A stretch of DNA of 39,307 nt from Hyphochytrium catenoides (lineage: Eukaryota; Protista; Hyphochytriomycota): assembly GCA_900088475.1 (NCBI GenBank), contig FLMG01001239.1:1-39307 (forward strand). Reading direction: 5' to 3'. A program made the position numbers and the translations under genes. The first letter of the stretch is position 1. The number at the start of each line of letters is the position of its first letter. Shown here one piece after another: positions 23,574-36,063 of this stretch. The notes beneath the pieces are model-generated. The model was not told the origin of the DNA and made no database searches. It saw only the letters and a program-made list of their open reading frames with translations.

Positions 23574-26500
23574 ATGAGATATTTAAGCTGGCCAAGTTGC
23601 CTCTTCTCGCTTGGATTGATCATCCTCCTTGGCTTCAGAACTCGGGTCGCTAGCAACCATGCCATCGTTGCTAGCAATGAGCGGGAGGAAGTGTCGAAGC
23701 TCAATGAGCTCAGACATGCGCTGCAACTTGCCTCGGTGGAACACTTAACGAGCTCATTAGATATGGACAGTCCCGAGGACGTTTGGGAAGACTTCTTCAA
23801 GTGAGCATTTCGCCCTCTCTCCGTCTTGCACTTTGTTCCTTGGAGACTAAGCTCTGCATACCCCTCAGTCGCCTCGCGCACGGCCGGAATCAAGAAGAGG
23901 TCTGGTGTGAAGAGCTGAAAAATCAGTAAGTATTTTCACATTGCGGAGACACCTCTCCTCCAACTGCTTCTCTCCTCTTTGCGTCGTGTCGTGATCCTTC
24001 CTCTTAGCTGAGCTAAGATTTGGACTAATCGTAGAGAGGTAACCTAGTCCCTTTGAACTGATTATAGCTCACTTTCTACCGCTTGGATTCAGGTATCTGG
24101 GTATGTGCAAGGATCCCTTCATCCTTGTAAGCTTTTGCAAGGCGTTCAAGAACGCCTATGTCGTCCGCTGTAGCGTCAAGGCAAGAGACATCGCTTCGGT
24201 CAGTATGCATACGACGGGAAGATGCGGAGGTCTCCACAACGTCTGCTTAATACGTTTCCCTCGTGGCTTACTTCTTATAGGACTACAGCTTGCTTGCAAC
24301 GGTTCTGGTCCTTGCAGGCTCCATCCTCGCCTGCGGCTGTGTCCACTACTTTGAGCTCAGGTTTCTCCCGCCCCCGGCAGCGATGATCCTGGCTGGTCTA
24401 GCCGTGGGTGGCCTCTTTGTAGTCTCGAAGCAGGAGTCACGCGTAATCTTTGACGAGGGCATATTCTTCAGAGTGTTCCTGCCCTTCATCATTCTCCAAG
24501 GTGCCCCGCCTTCTTCTTACTTCTTAGTCATTTCTCACATCCTTCCGTTAGGCTAAGCTCTGTACGCTAGGGCTCACTTCGTTTCTCTAGCGTTCTCGGT
24601 CGTTCAGAGTTATTGACTCCTCAGTCTGGCAGTCTATGACCAACGCTAAAGGCCCTCTTATTATTCGTCGGCCCTTCTCCCAACTCTGTCGCATCCAGGC
24701 GGTCTGGAGGTTAACAAAGCTAGCTTGAGGAGTCAAATGATCCCCGTTATGCTCTTAGCTTTAGTTGGCACTGGGATATCTGCCCTTTGCACTGGGCTCA
24801 TGGTGAGCAATTGAACTAACTCTTACCGCTTTGCTTATAGTCCGACAGTGTCCGTCGTTATTGTTCAAGGATTGTCTTCGTCTGTTGCCCCAAAATATCT
24901 ATCACTGACGCTCGACATAGGTTTATGGTGCTGGCGTCGTACTTGGGGGCACTCTCCCACTAGCAGAGTCCCTGCTGTTTGGCGCACTTATCTCTCCCAC
25001 AGGTTGATACATCTTCGGGAAAGAAAGCCCGGTCCACTTACCGTTCCTGTCTTTCAATGCCTTTCTCGTTCCAGTCTTGCTCTTTCTGCTCTCTTCTCGT
25101 GTAAGGGCTTCCTCTTCCGTTGTCTGTGCTAGCTATTGCGTCATCCATCATTATCTGGACTGAGAGGAAAAATGGCTGTTCTAGACACGGTGGCCACAAT
25201 GGCAATGTTCTCCGGTGTAGAGATAGACCAACACCTTTATACTCTGCTGTTTGGTGAGTCAACATTTAACGACGGCGTGGCGATTGTGCTCTATGAGTCC
25301 TTCATTCGCTTCATTGACCATAAGGTAAGAGCAGCAAGGGTTAAACAGAGGAAGGAGCCAAGAGCGTAAGAGCGACGGAACAACGTAGGAGCATCGAGGG
25401 TCAAGAAGAAGAAGGATGAAGGAAACGGAAGGGATGATGCCACGATTGGTACCTGATGGGATACAGTTTACAGTTCTCGAAAGAGAAAGAAGAAAAGACT
25501 GAAGAGAGAGAGAGAGAAAGAGGTTTTACAGGGCCTAGAGATGGAATGGTGCCCTCTTCGAACATAGATCAAGCTTTAGCTCTTACGCTGTCTGCGATAT
25601 TTGTGGCTCCCTAACATTCCACAGGTGCATTGGGATGAGATCGGAGATGTGGCAGTTCACATCTGCTATGTACTCTTTGGGTCTGTTGCAGTTGGGCTCC
25701 TCGCGGGATATGGTAGCTCCCTCTTCTTCAGAAGAGTGGCCCGTCCTCTCTTCTCTTTCTCGCCGCCTTTCGAAACCCTGCTCCTTCTTCTCTGGGCTCT
25801 AGTGCCGTATTATCTCTGCGACCTCCTCCGATGGAGCGGGGTCATTGCTCTCATCGTTGAAGCTCTAGTCATGGATATCTGCACCTTTCCTCAACTGTCA
25901 GAGGAGAGCCAACGCCATGGGCGCTTCACAATCAAAGTGTTAGCGGAGCTTTTTGAAACCATTGTCTTCTCATACTTGGTACGTGTCGACTGGTTGACTA
26001 GACAAAATGATAGATCACATTCTTACTTAGGGCTACGCGTAGCCACCAGCAGTGTCTCTAGCTTACTGTTTCTGATGGCTTCTGCCTCTTTCACACTCGC
26101 CCGAGCTTGCCATTGTGATATGTTGCCCAGATTCTGTCTCTCGATGCTCATACATTACTGACTCTCTGTGCGGATAGGGGCTATCCATGTTCACTTTGAG
26201 CCATAACTACCACTGGAGCGTCTACCTGGTCTTGACGTCACTTCTAGCAGTCAATCTGGGTCGTGCTCTGGCAGTTTTTCCGCTTTCTGCTGTCATCAAC
26301 TGCATAACCAAGCTGGAGCTGGGCGAGGGAGGAACAAGAGAGGAGAGATTGCAGAGCTTCGTCACTGTCAAAAAGCAGGTGAGGTTGCTGAAGTAATAGC
26401 TTCGGCGAGGTGACTAGCTCAAGGATCCGTCGGCCCTGTTTCGTCACTCCTTTTTCTCTCCTTATCTTACGGCTGCTATGTCTCTGTACAGTTTTTACTC

Positions 26501-27084
26501 TGGTTCTCAGGGTTCAGAGGAGCTGTGTCCTTTGCACTGGCAGTCAGAGTCCCAGTCTTCGACGAGGTAACCGGCCAGGGTTCCAAGTATGCTGGTAGTG
26601 TCAGAGCGGTAGGTACTAGAGAACCATCTAATCGTCTTACCTCACGTTTTGACGCTCTCTCTTGTCGCTACACTCTCTTATCGCGCCCTTTCCCTTTTCT
26701 ATCTCGCTGTCTCTTATATGCTCTCATAATATACCTGTCCTATGGATGCTGTCTTCTCTTTTTCATTTCTCAGGTTTCTGTCCCACTGAACCTCTACGGG
26801 GCCTGGTTGTTGCTTTTGCGGAATTTCGTATATGGCATCTTGGCTTCGTGTCCTCTTGTAAAGGCACCGTTACTCTTCCTTAATGTCTCTGTGCACAGAT
26901 AACGGCGGCAGTCATCATCTTCCAGCTATTTGTCTTTGGCTGCTACCTCAGCACCGTCCTGAGGGCGATGTACCCGCCTGCAGAGCCTAAGGAGGAGCTC
27001 AGCGCGCCGCTTTTAGGGGGCGAGGAGGACGAAGGCGTAGACTTAGAGGAAGTTCCTTCCCCCAATAGAGAAGAAGAGATCTAA
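23574..27084 (+). CDS. Na+/H+ exchanger (CPA1, NHE/NHX family), probably organellar; 11 exons
   Basis: Spliced motifs FFRVFLPFIILQGG, ESLLFGALISPTDTVATMAMF, LYTLLFGESTFNDGVAIVLY, WFSGFRGAVSFALA. Cleavable-looking signal peptide. Last exon about 26899-27084 ends NREEEI-TAA. Confidence 0.95.
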
Positions 27085-27489
27085 GGCGTTGTAGAAGAGA
27101 AAGGAAGACCCTTTTGATGATCAGGAGGTGCTGTCCTATCATCTTGCCGATTGTGTCTTACAACTATTTATGCAGCAATCTATGTACAAAACTATCAGTG
27201 ATGCTACCCCTAGCGCTGTCTATGGATGTGTCACCTGTCTCCCTCTATCTATTGGTCATTCTCCTTCTGCCCTGTTCCTCCATCTCCTCGTCATAGTGCC
27301 TCTTTAGTCTACATTGCCTTAGACTCTCTCTCTCTCTTTCTGTCTCTCTCTTTTTCTGTCTCTCTCTCCTCTCTTTCTCTCTTTCCTTTTCGTTCCTTGC
27401 GCTTTGCTTTTCTTCTTAGCTCCCACTTGTTTGGACAGATAAGCTTCGTAAGTCTCTCTAACATTTGGCGCTTCTAAGTGTCTTGTTGC

Positions 27490-30400
27490 TTATGACATTA
27501 AGGCAGCCACATGCTCTGCACAGCTGCGAGCTAAGCCTCCATATGCATATATGTAGTTAGGGTCCTCGCATGACAGCGGAAGAGAGAAAGGGACTTCTTC
27601 CTCTTCTTGAGACGCCAGCTTGTTCCGGGAGCTTTTCTTTTTTATCTTGGGCTTGTCCTTAGGAAGTAGACTGTATCCACCTTCAAGGACAGACACTAAG
27701 CGGCCAAGAGAATGCCTAAAAAGGGAGAAAGGAGAGGCATTTGTAAGCGATCAGACAGTCCGAATGAGACAACGTAATGGGGGTATTGGCTCTGTAAGAC
27801 CGGCGATAGTGAGAGGAAGGAAGATGAACATTCTCTCTCCCATTAAGATAACAGAGAGGCTCTTGGGGGAATCGAGAGGAGTTCTCTTACTTGTCAGCCA
27901 CTTCCTGCAGCTTTGTCGTCACCCAGGAGTAGTCCTCTTCCATGAGATAGTAGTAGAAATCGTCCGAGTGGCCATCGAAGCCCGCAGAGATCAGGATAAG
28001 ATCCTAAAGAGCGCAGTAATTAGAGAGGAAAAGAGAGAGAGAGAAAGAGCACATAAAAATAGCTATAGGAGGAGGTGGAAGTGAGAGTAGACGTCTGATC
28101 TGCCGGCTGCCCTTGTTTGAAAGACTGGTCGAAGGAGGCATTTTCCTATGCACTTACCGGAGCAAAGGCCTCAAGCTGAGGGAGCAAATGGTTCTCTATC
28201 TTGGAGCGGAACTGAAACGATGCTCGTCGCTTAAGCCAAAATATAGAGGTTAGGCCCAGGTCAAATTAACTCTCTATCTCTCTTTCTCTCTCTCTTATCT
28301 CTCCTTCTTGCTCTCTGTTATTCTCCGTCACTGTGGGAGGTCTCACTACCTGGAATTCTTTCCTTTGGCCAGCTGACAACTTGGTTCTAGCAGCCACACT
28401 CTCAGCGCCCAGGGGCTCCAGTGGGATATTCAGTATTTTGAAGTCAGGGCCATGTTCTGACTCGCTCTCAGAACCACTGCAAGGGTAGAAGCCATCGCCA
28501 TTGTAGAGATGAACGGAAGCGAACAGAACCTTCTCCCCCTAGCAAAGTAGCCAGAGTCAGTGACAACAGCAAGAGAGGGTGTGAGAGCAGCGAGAGAGGA
28601 GAGAAATAGAGAGAGGGAGACACCACAAGGGTCAGTACTCTTAGTACTCTTGAGCACTGTGTCAGCCCCATAGAACCCTTCATCCCCTCCCTTGTACATT
28701 CTTCTTCCTTTCTTTTGGCTTTCTCTCTCTCAGATCCGTCCTTGGTCTCCTACTCTCACTTAAGTTCGATTCTTGAGCTTTCTGCCATCACTCAGCGAAC
28801 TCGTACATCATCCTCATCCAGCCAAGGCTTGTATGACTCGTACTCCATGGGTGCCCAGCTGGCGGGAAGGGGCAATCTCTGCTTCCGTGGACGAAGGTTC
28901 CGGATGATCTCTTCCGTACCATTGCCGTGATGAATGTCGAAGTCCACAATAGCAATTCTGTCTATGACTGGGGTTTCCAAAGGGGCTCCGGCAGGCGTGT
29001 CGTAGTGACGACGATAGGTCACCTTAGCGTACGCTGCGGTGGCCACACAGCCAGGGAAAGAAGTGGTGTTGAGACAAGAGTTAGACGATAGCCGTTTACG
29101 CTGCTTACACTTGACGTATCTCAAGGAAAGAGGAAGAGCTCGTTTTAAGTACGCTATAAGCACGAAGATTACGAGGACTAGGAGAGAGGAAGAGACGGGA
29201 CAATAGGCAGTAATGGTATGCACTTCGGAACGACAGGTCGCTCAAGCCAGTAGATGGCACAGGGACATCTTACCGGCAGCAATGGCAACATTATTTAGCA
29301 GACAGAATCCTGAGCTGCACATCTCCGGTCGTTTAGAAAAGTTGCAAGCCGCTACAGCGCCCTTGGGACCGCTGAGAGAGAAGCTAGTGTCAGAGCAAGA
29401 TACTCCAGGGATATTGACTGGCTTAGAGTTGGTCAAGCTATTGCCTTGCTAACAGAGACGCAGTCGCGCCAGTAAAAAGCGACGGCTAGAGAAGAGATAG
29501 ATAGTGGACGAGACAGAGCTACATCGGGTAAGCTACCCTTGAGAATATCATTGTGGAAAAAGGGCCCCGGAACTCGTACAACCGAGAAGCAGCTAAGCAC
29601 CTGTGATGTCCAGGAGGCCTCACAGCCACGAAGGCATTGCGATATTTTCCCTTAACCACGTGATCCACCGCAGTGCAGACTGCTCCTACCGCTGTGAGAG
29701 CTGCATCAAAGGACTTCGAGGAGAGCATCGTGTCCAAATCCAAGCTGCCAGACGGAGGTAGGTCCAGGTCTGGGCATCTATCTCTTCCCTGTGTCACGAG
29801 TTAGAACATTTCTCTATCGACGCGAGGACCCTTCTAGCTGGTTCAGTCTATTTCCTTGTATTCCACTTCCTTTGATTAGGTGGTCTTTTCCCTCTCGTCA
29901 ACATCACCAGCAGGCTATAAGCACAGGGACATCGCTATGGTCTAACCTTGTCTTCTTGAAGCGGAAGGCTTTGACAAAGCTTCTTGACGTGCTGTACATA
30001 GTCGTGGTCGTGCACGCGAAGGATGTCTCCGATAGTCGCCTTCCGGATCTCTGCTGCATCTAACCAGGCCAAATCTTGAAAGCGGCGGCTCCGCAGAATG
30101 CCGCCAGGCCCACAAAGAACGCCTAGTCTCCGCCGACTCTCTTGGTGGACGCCTGTGTGATGGTCTGTTTACCAAAAGCTTAGCTCATGAGAGGAGAAGG
30201 GACCACGAAGAAGATGCATAATAAGGCTACCGAGACACTCCTGCGGATAGACCAGCAGCGTTCTTCTCTTCTCCGTCCTCTGATATCCTACTGGCTGGCA
30301 GGGAGGTCCCGATAGGTCTGTCAGGCTCTTAGGAACTGGAAAGGACTGAGAAGAGTCTTGCAACTGTTTTAGCTGAGCCGCCGTCTGGGAGGAAGGATCT

Positions 30401-31270
30401 GCCGCTGCTGAGGCCACAGATGCGCCGGGGAACTTAAAAGCTGCTGGCGTCAGAATGTTACTCTGTCGCTTAGTTGCAACGCGGACGGGTGTATCTGGGG
30501 AGCAGGCCAGGGTGATGAGAAGCTTATCATAAAAGATACTAGCCGACATTGCTTCTGAATAGATAACTCACGATTTGGCTGAACAATGCCTGGGCGTATG
30601 ACGGCAGGCGAGGGAGGAGGCCGCTTTCCCAGTGAGAAGCTTGCCAGTAGCTTCCTGGCGGTATCCGTCTCAGCCCCTAAGGGATCGCTAGCAGTGTCGT
30701 TAGTAAGGACGAGGGGAGAGCACCAAGCGCATGGTAGGGAGAGAGACACAGACAGAAAGGCGCAGGGACAGAATGCACCTAAAGATACGAAGAAGACTTA
30801 TGCACAGAGCGAAAAGAGATCTCTCTCTTGCTCTGAACGCGGCTGTCAGCCATGTTACTTACGTGTTCACTGACAGGTTGCTAATATCCTGCATGGCTGG
30901 TCTCTCGGGATGAGTATCCGACTGTTGCAGGACAGGTTCCGCCTCATCTTCTGCTAGGGAACGCTTATCAGCCATAGATTTCCCAGGTGACGGAGGATCT
31001 GTTCCTACCATAGCGCCAAATTTCGCCTAGATCATCCGTCATTAGCGGTAGCATTGTGGCAGAAATGGGCGCCGATGCCGCGTGTGCAGGAAAGCCTCCA
31101 GAGACATGAAGCCGACTTCGCTGCACGGCGGGACTTCGTGTCGGCGTCTGCATCAAATATAACATCTGCGAGCTGTTCAGCTCTGGGTTAGTCCCTGGAT
31201 CGAACTTCTCAGCGGCAGATGGCCGTCCTGCTGCCAGACCCGCATCGGAAGATGGCGCATTAGCAGCCAT
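27490..31270 (-). CDS. Zn-dependent histone deacetylase family protein (class II-like) with long disordered N-terminus; about 12 exons
   Basis: Spliced motifs HQESRRRL, ILRVHDHDYV, AVRPPGHH, SGFCLLNNVAIAA, IAIVDFDIHHGNGT, LFASVH..FYP.SG, LILISAGFDGHSDD, VSVLEGGY. Catalytic His-His, Zn ligands and Tyr are intact. Confidence 0.95.
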
Positions 31271-31470
31271 CTGTCTGGGTCACCCGAGAGAGCTCTCTCT
31301 CCGCAAATCCCTTTCCCCGTCTCAATTAGACGCAGACCGGGTCTCGCCTGGCACCCTTCACTTCACCCGGCTTCAATTGACAACCCACTCTCTCGTGCAG
31401 GTGCAGATTTTGACAGAGCCGCACCCGCGAGACGTTCTGACGTTCGCTACTTGTGGTTGGACCTAAAGGG

Positions 31471-31532
31471 AGCTCAAACTCCAGACTACTGCTGCCTTCC
31501 AAGCTCAAACTCCAGATAACTGCTGCCTTCCA
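31471..31532. repeat. 31-bp near-perfect tandem duplication in the HDAC / Dpy-30 gene divergent intergenic region
   Basis: agctcaaactccagactactgctgccttcca followed by agctcaaactccagataactgctgccttcca (2 mismatches). Confidence 0.92.
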
Positions 31533-32020
31533 GCGCCGAGCGCGGGGCCTCAGTCTGCCAGGCTCAGGCGGCTGCTGTCTGCCCCGCCGGCTGCGGATGA
31601 TGATGAGGCTGTGAGCCTGACAATTGTGATGGGCACACAGAACGCAGGCCAGCAGGTGGAGGGAAAACCGATTCAAACATGATTAAAATATCACAGAAAT
31701 CGGTAATCAGTAATTGAGGAAAGATCTGATATGGGGAGATACTGTCCGTTAGCGGCTGTACGCGGCTTAGAGCGGCGGCGGCGTTACATTCCAAGCCGGC
31801 CAACAGACAGAACAAGCCTCAGACTCGGACTCGTGATTTGAAGCTCTCTGGCCCATGGACCGTCGCTGGACTGTACCGCAGTTCCTTCCTGCAGGTGTCT
31901 CCGACTGCCGGCGAGCTCTTACGTGCACCGGACGCTGATCTTCAGTCACGTCTCGTGCTTCATAGATTCGAAGAGGGGAGTCAAGGCAAACTGAGGTGAT
32001 AGCAAGCAGAGGCGTCAACG

Positions 32021-34350
32021 ATGGACGTTCAATACCTGAAGGAGAACGTGGCTGGTGTCCTTACCAAGGCCCTCGTGCAGGTTGCTATCGAGCAACCGGA
32101 GGATGCCGTTGACTTTGTAGGCAACTATCTCCTGAAATATGTAGAGAAGCAAGAGCGAGACCAAAAGGTGATAGAACAGCTTACTAAGCTGGGAAAGGTG
32201 CTAAGGCTAACGATGATTTTGACACAGCTCAAGGAGCTGATTGCTGAAGAGGATGAGCTCATCAAGAGTCTGGAGGCCAGGAAGCTGAAGGCCATGGAAG
32301 AGGAAGACGCAAAACAGAAGCTGAACCAGGAGGTATGTTAGGAGATTGTCCACGGCGAAAGCCCTTTAATATTCTGAAGCGAGTCTGTCCGACAGATGCA
32401 AACCGAAGAAGAGTCTATGAAGCAGTTGCTGTTCTCGCTCACCAACGAGCAAGAGATGTACGAGCAAGTCCTTAAGCTAGTCAAAAAGCGTACTGGAGCC
32501 TCAAGCACATATATTGGTGAGATGATGAAGGTCCCAGACGAGCCAGAATCCCAGGCTTTAGTGTGGATCTCCGCCTCTGAGGACAACCAGTTCCTTGTTG
32601 GGAAGACGCTAGTGAACGAAGGAGTGACGTTCGATCTTTTCAAAGAAGTTGAGGATCAGACTGCAAAGGTAAGCGCCCTTCTCATTCTTTGCTCGTGGTT
32701 GCTTTTCCCTTTGAGGCTTCAGCTGTGTCTCCACTCTTCCAGATCTCTCTTCCTAGATCCTGGGCAATCCATCCTCCTGTACTGCTCGCTTCTTCTTCCA
32801 GGCTCTCTCGTATTCCCTCCCCTCTTTTTTTTCTCTCTCTCTCAATGTGCTCACCTACGTTCCGGATGGCTAATTCTTGCAATCTGCCTCTCTTCTCGCC
32901 GCCCACATGTTAGCCCAACGAAGACGGCACTCGACCGATGATCCTGCCCTCACATATACAGATCCCGAATGTGATGCGAGAGCCGCGGATGAAGTTCTAC
33001 AGATTCCCTCGTCTGGGTGCCTATCTCACAGTCCCTATCTCTTATAACTCGTTCCTTCAGCCAGAGGCATTCGATACACCGGCAGAGTCACAGGTAGGGA
33101 ATTCTTTCAGTGAAGCAGGATCCGATCTTACTTCTTATACCTATCATTCTAACCGCACTGGAGGCTGTTCCAATCGCGCCTCAATAGTCTAGGGCCCCTC
33201 CGCGTTCTCAGACTCGCTCTTCTCATTTGCTTTCTCTGTCAATTCGCGTCATTTCTTGCTCATCTTTCCAACCGCTTCTACCCTTTGTTGCCCTGAGGGG
33301 AGCCGCTGCACTGTTCCTCTAACTTCCCAACTTCCTAACCTGCCGACAGCCGGATAAGGACCCCAATGCCCCGCCTGGCCAGGCTGTCAGGAGGAATTTG
33401 GTTCTTGCTCTGGACTCCATGGGGCAAGCCCGAGACTTCACAACAGAAGAGGTTTCCTTCGTGAAGAAGTGGTCGACTTTCCTATCTCAAGCTCTAGAGA
33501 GGGCCGACACCGCAGCGTTCATGGATGAAAGCACGAGAAGAGCTGAACAATTGGCTAAGCAACAGGCGCTGGCAAGTGATCTTGCTCTCAAGAAGGCCAC
33601 GATCGAGGAGGTAGGTGGAACCATCGCTCTTCCTGGGGCTACTATCTTCCATTACTGTCTGAGATATCTAAGCCATGCTGTTTCTACCGTTAATGGCGCT
33701 CGTTCTAGATGATCTTCAGTTCTCTTGAAAGCTATCTTGTTTACGCGATACTTGGCCACCTTAGTTGACTCGCCACTCTGCCACCTCTCCCATGACTTCT
33801 TCAGGAGGACCAGAAAGCCATGGAAGCAGCCGGAGAGCTCTCGGACGTCGCTAAGCAGCTTCTCCAGGCTCAGAACAAGTTAAACCAAGCCAAGGCAATG
33901 CTCCAGGCCATCATCTCTTCAGATTGTATGGAGCCTTTCCTATCTAGAGTGCCTCCCAAGGACCCGGTGCCAAAGATTATGGACTGTACGGCCCAACTCC
34001 TTCAAAAGGCGCAGCCCTCGCTCTATTGTCCTATCTCACATAAACCCAAGCACGAGAGCTTGCGTTCTCTTTTCCAAACGGAGCAGCTATTTTCCGCCAT
34101 GGCACAGCTTTCTGAGCCTCTTCCGGGGACAATGAATGCGGCCTTTCTAGAAAGTCTCAAGGCGAAGATGGACGAAGTTGACTTGGCTGCAGCCACAGGT
34201 GCCATTCCTTTGAGCCCGTTCATCCACGAGTGGAACTTGGCGGTAGTGGGGCTGGTAGAGGCTCTGATGGCAAAGAAAGCTGCAGAAGAGGAAGAAGCAG
34301 CTGCAGCAGCAGCAGCCGCAGAGGCTAAGGAGAGTGAGGCTGAAGAATGA
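32021..34350 (+). CDS. Dpy-30 motif + coiled coil + GAF-like protein, radial spoke protein 2 (RSP2)-like; 6 exons
   Basis: N-terminal YLKENVAGVLTKALVQVAIEQPEDAVDFVGNYLLKY is a Dpy-30 motif. GAF-like elements GASSTYIG, IPNVMREPRMKFYRFPRLGAYLTVPI, LVLALDSMGQARDFTTEE. Exons about 32021-32168, 32228-32332, 32396-32668, 32914-33093, 33350-33610, 33805-34350. Confidence 0.8.
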
Positions 34351-34777
34351 TGTCAGGCGGTTATCACGATAACGTAGGCGCAGATGGAGATGGGAGTGGG
34401 TTCCGCATACACACAAGACAGGTTCGTAGGAGCTGACCGTCGTAAAGATTTCTGTAGGAGATAGTCAAGTGACCTGAAGCAGCAGGGAGAAAGGAGTGAT
34501 ATCTGGAGAAAGACGTGTTGCCATGTGAAAGTTTGGTCTGATTGAGCTAGCCGCTCGGGAGTGCTTTGCACTCTACTGTACAGTACCATCTATGGCCTAT
34601 AAATACATCCGGCGCTGCACGCGCGTAGCTTTTACTTTCTAAAGCCCTTCCTCTCTCTCATCATGCCGTCCGTTCGTATCTCTCGTTCACCGCGATATCG
34701 TGGTGAAAGGCTGCAATTTACATTCTTCATCGTCTCTTGTTGCCGTGTTGGCTCTCAAGCTAACTGGCTTGGATGCC

Positions 34778-35545
34778 TCAGAGGGAGGGAGCAGCAAGAA
34801 TGTCGAGAAGTTCCTCCTGGGCGGAGGCTAGCGATCGCTCCCATTCTGCTACTTTCTTAAGATTGTTCGCTATGAGCTCATTCTTCACCCGCAGCTCCTC
34901 CTGCAACTCCTCTATTTCCTACAGGACGAAGAACATAGCATGTGAGAATAGATGAAGGATTTCTCTCTTTTTCTTTCTTTCTCTGTCTCCCTGTCGCGTG
35001 CCTTCTCTCTCTTCCTCACTCTCTGGTCTAGCCTTCTGGTTAGGTCAGTGGATAGGCCAATGGGGCAAACGTGAACGGCTTAGAGGATGAGACGGCAACG
35101 TTTGATATCAAAAAACTGAAGATTGAGAGCAAGCACGAATGAAACACTGTGAGCGAGCGTAAGAGAAAGACGGATAGAGACTTCAGGACGTCTCCGTAAG
35201 GTGGATCTTACCATCTGCAAGGCCGTCTTAGGATTGACTCCTAACTTCTGCTGTGTGGAGATAAAATATGTCTCCAGATCCTTCGCATACTGGGTGTACC
35301 GGGAAAAGTAACCCTCCAGCTCTAACGAAAAGGTGAAGATTTAGCCAAAACTGGTATCGCGACAAGGCGGCCGACCACTGACCTGTTAGGTCCTGATGCT
35401 GGCCAGGGAGCTGAGGCTCCGGAACTTGAGGGAAGTTTACGTGAGGCGCTGCAATGGCAAGCGCAGCCCCGAAGACTTTGTTCATCTCGGCAGCCAGGTT
35501 AAGCAGCTTGGCCTGGTCCGCTTGAGCCTCTGCTTGCGACAACAT
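34778..35545 (-). CDS. MED28: Mediator complex subunit 28; 3 exons
   Basis: Exons 35545-35383, 35321-35212, 34918-34778 give ...ELEGYFSRYTQYAKDLETYFISTQQKLGVNPKTALQMEIEELQEELRVKNELIANNLKKVAEWERSL..., matching the Med28 pattern (A..L..YF ... L..EI..L.EEL..K.ELI......W). Confidence 0.78.
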
Positions 35546-36063
35546 CCTGTGCCTAACGTGTCCACGTTGCGCCTTTCGGAGAGGTCCCGGCCCGTCAAGA
35601 CAGTGATAAAATCCTTGACCTGTAGGGAGATGACCTAGTGCCTCTCTCGCCACTACGGCCCTTGAAGCACAGTCTCTATGGCTTTCCAGGCAGGTCGAGA
35701 ACCCGTGAAAGGCCCTTTAGCTGGCTTCTCAGCACAGAAGAAAGACGCTGTTGGACTGAAGGAAGACAGCGCCGTTCCTGCCTTTGAAGCTTCCTCAGAA
35801 GGTTCCTCTTCTCCAACATAAAGACAACCAAAAGCGCCAAAAGGAGGAAGGTTGACTGGGCAAAAGAACATTACTTGCTTTTTTTATAGAAAAATAGCTT
35901 ATTAGGTTATATGCCTCAAGAGAATACCATTTACTTTACCCTCTATAGCCTTTATATGAGAATATCTCAGGCTGGCGCTTGCAATGAGAGGCTTTTCTTT
36001 TGTTTGAGTGAGTGAACCCTCATCTCTTTGCGTTCTTCCCATCGGTTTTCGTCATCGCTCAGC

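Noticed and set aside
27620-28084. 154-aa plus-strand ORF
   Set aside because: Antisense shadow of HDAC exons and introns.
28759-28776. tRNA T-arm-like ttaag-ttcgatt-cttga
   Set aside because: No D arm, anticodon arm or acceptor stem; lies inside an HDAC intron.
35196-35211. Hairpin sequestering the MED28 donor (GTAAG-atccac-CTTAC on the minus strand)
   Set aside because: Only a 5-bp stem, expected by chance.
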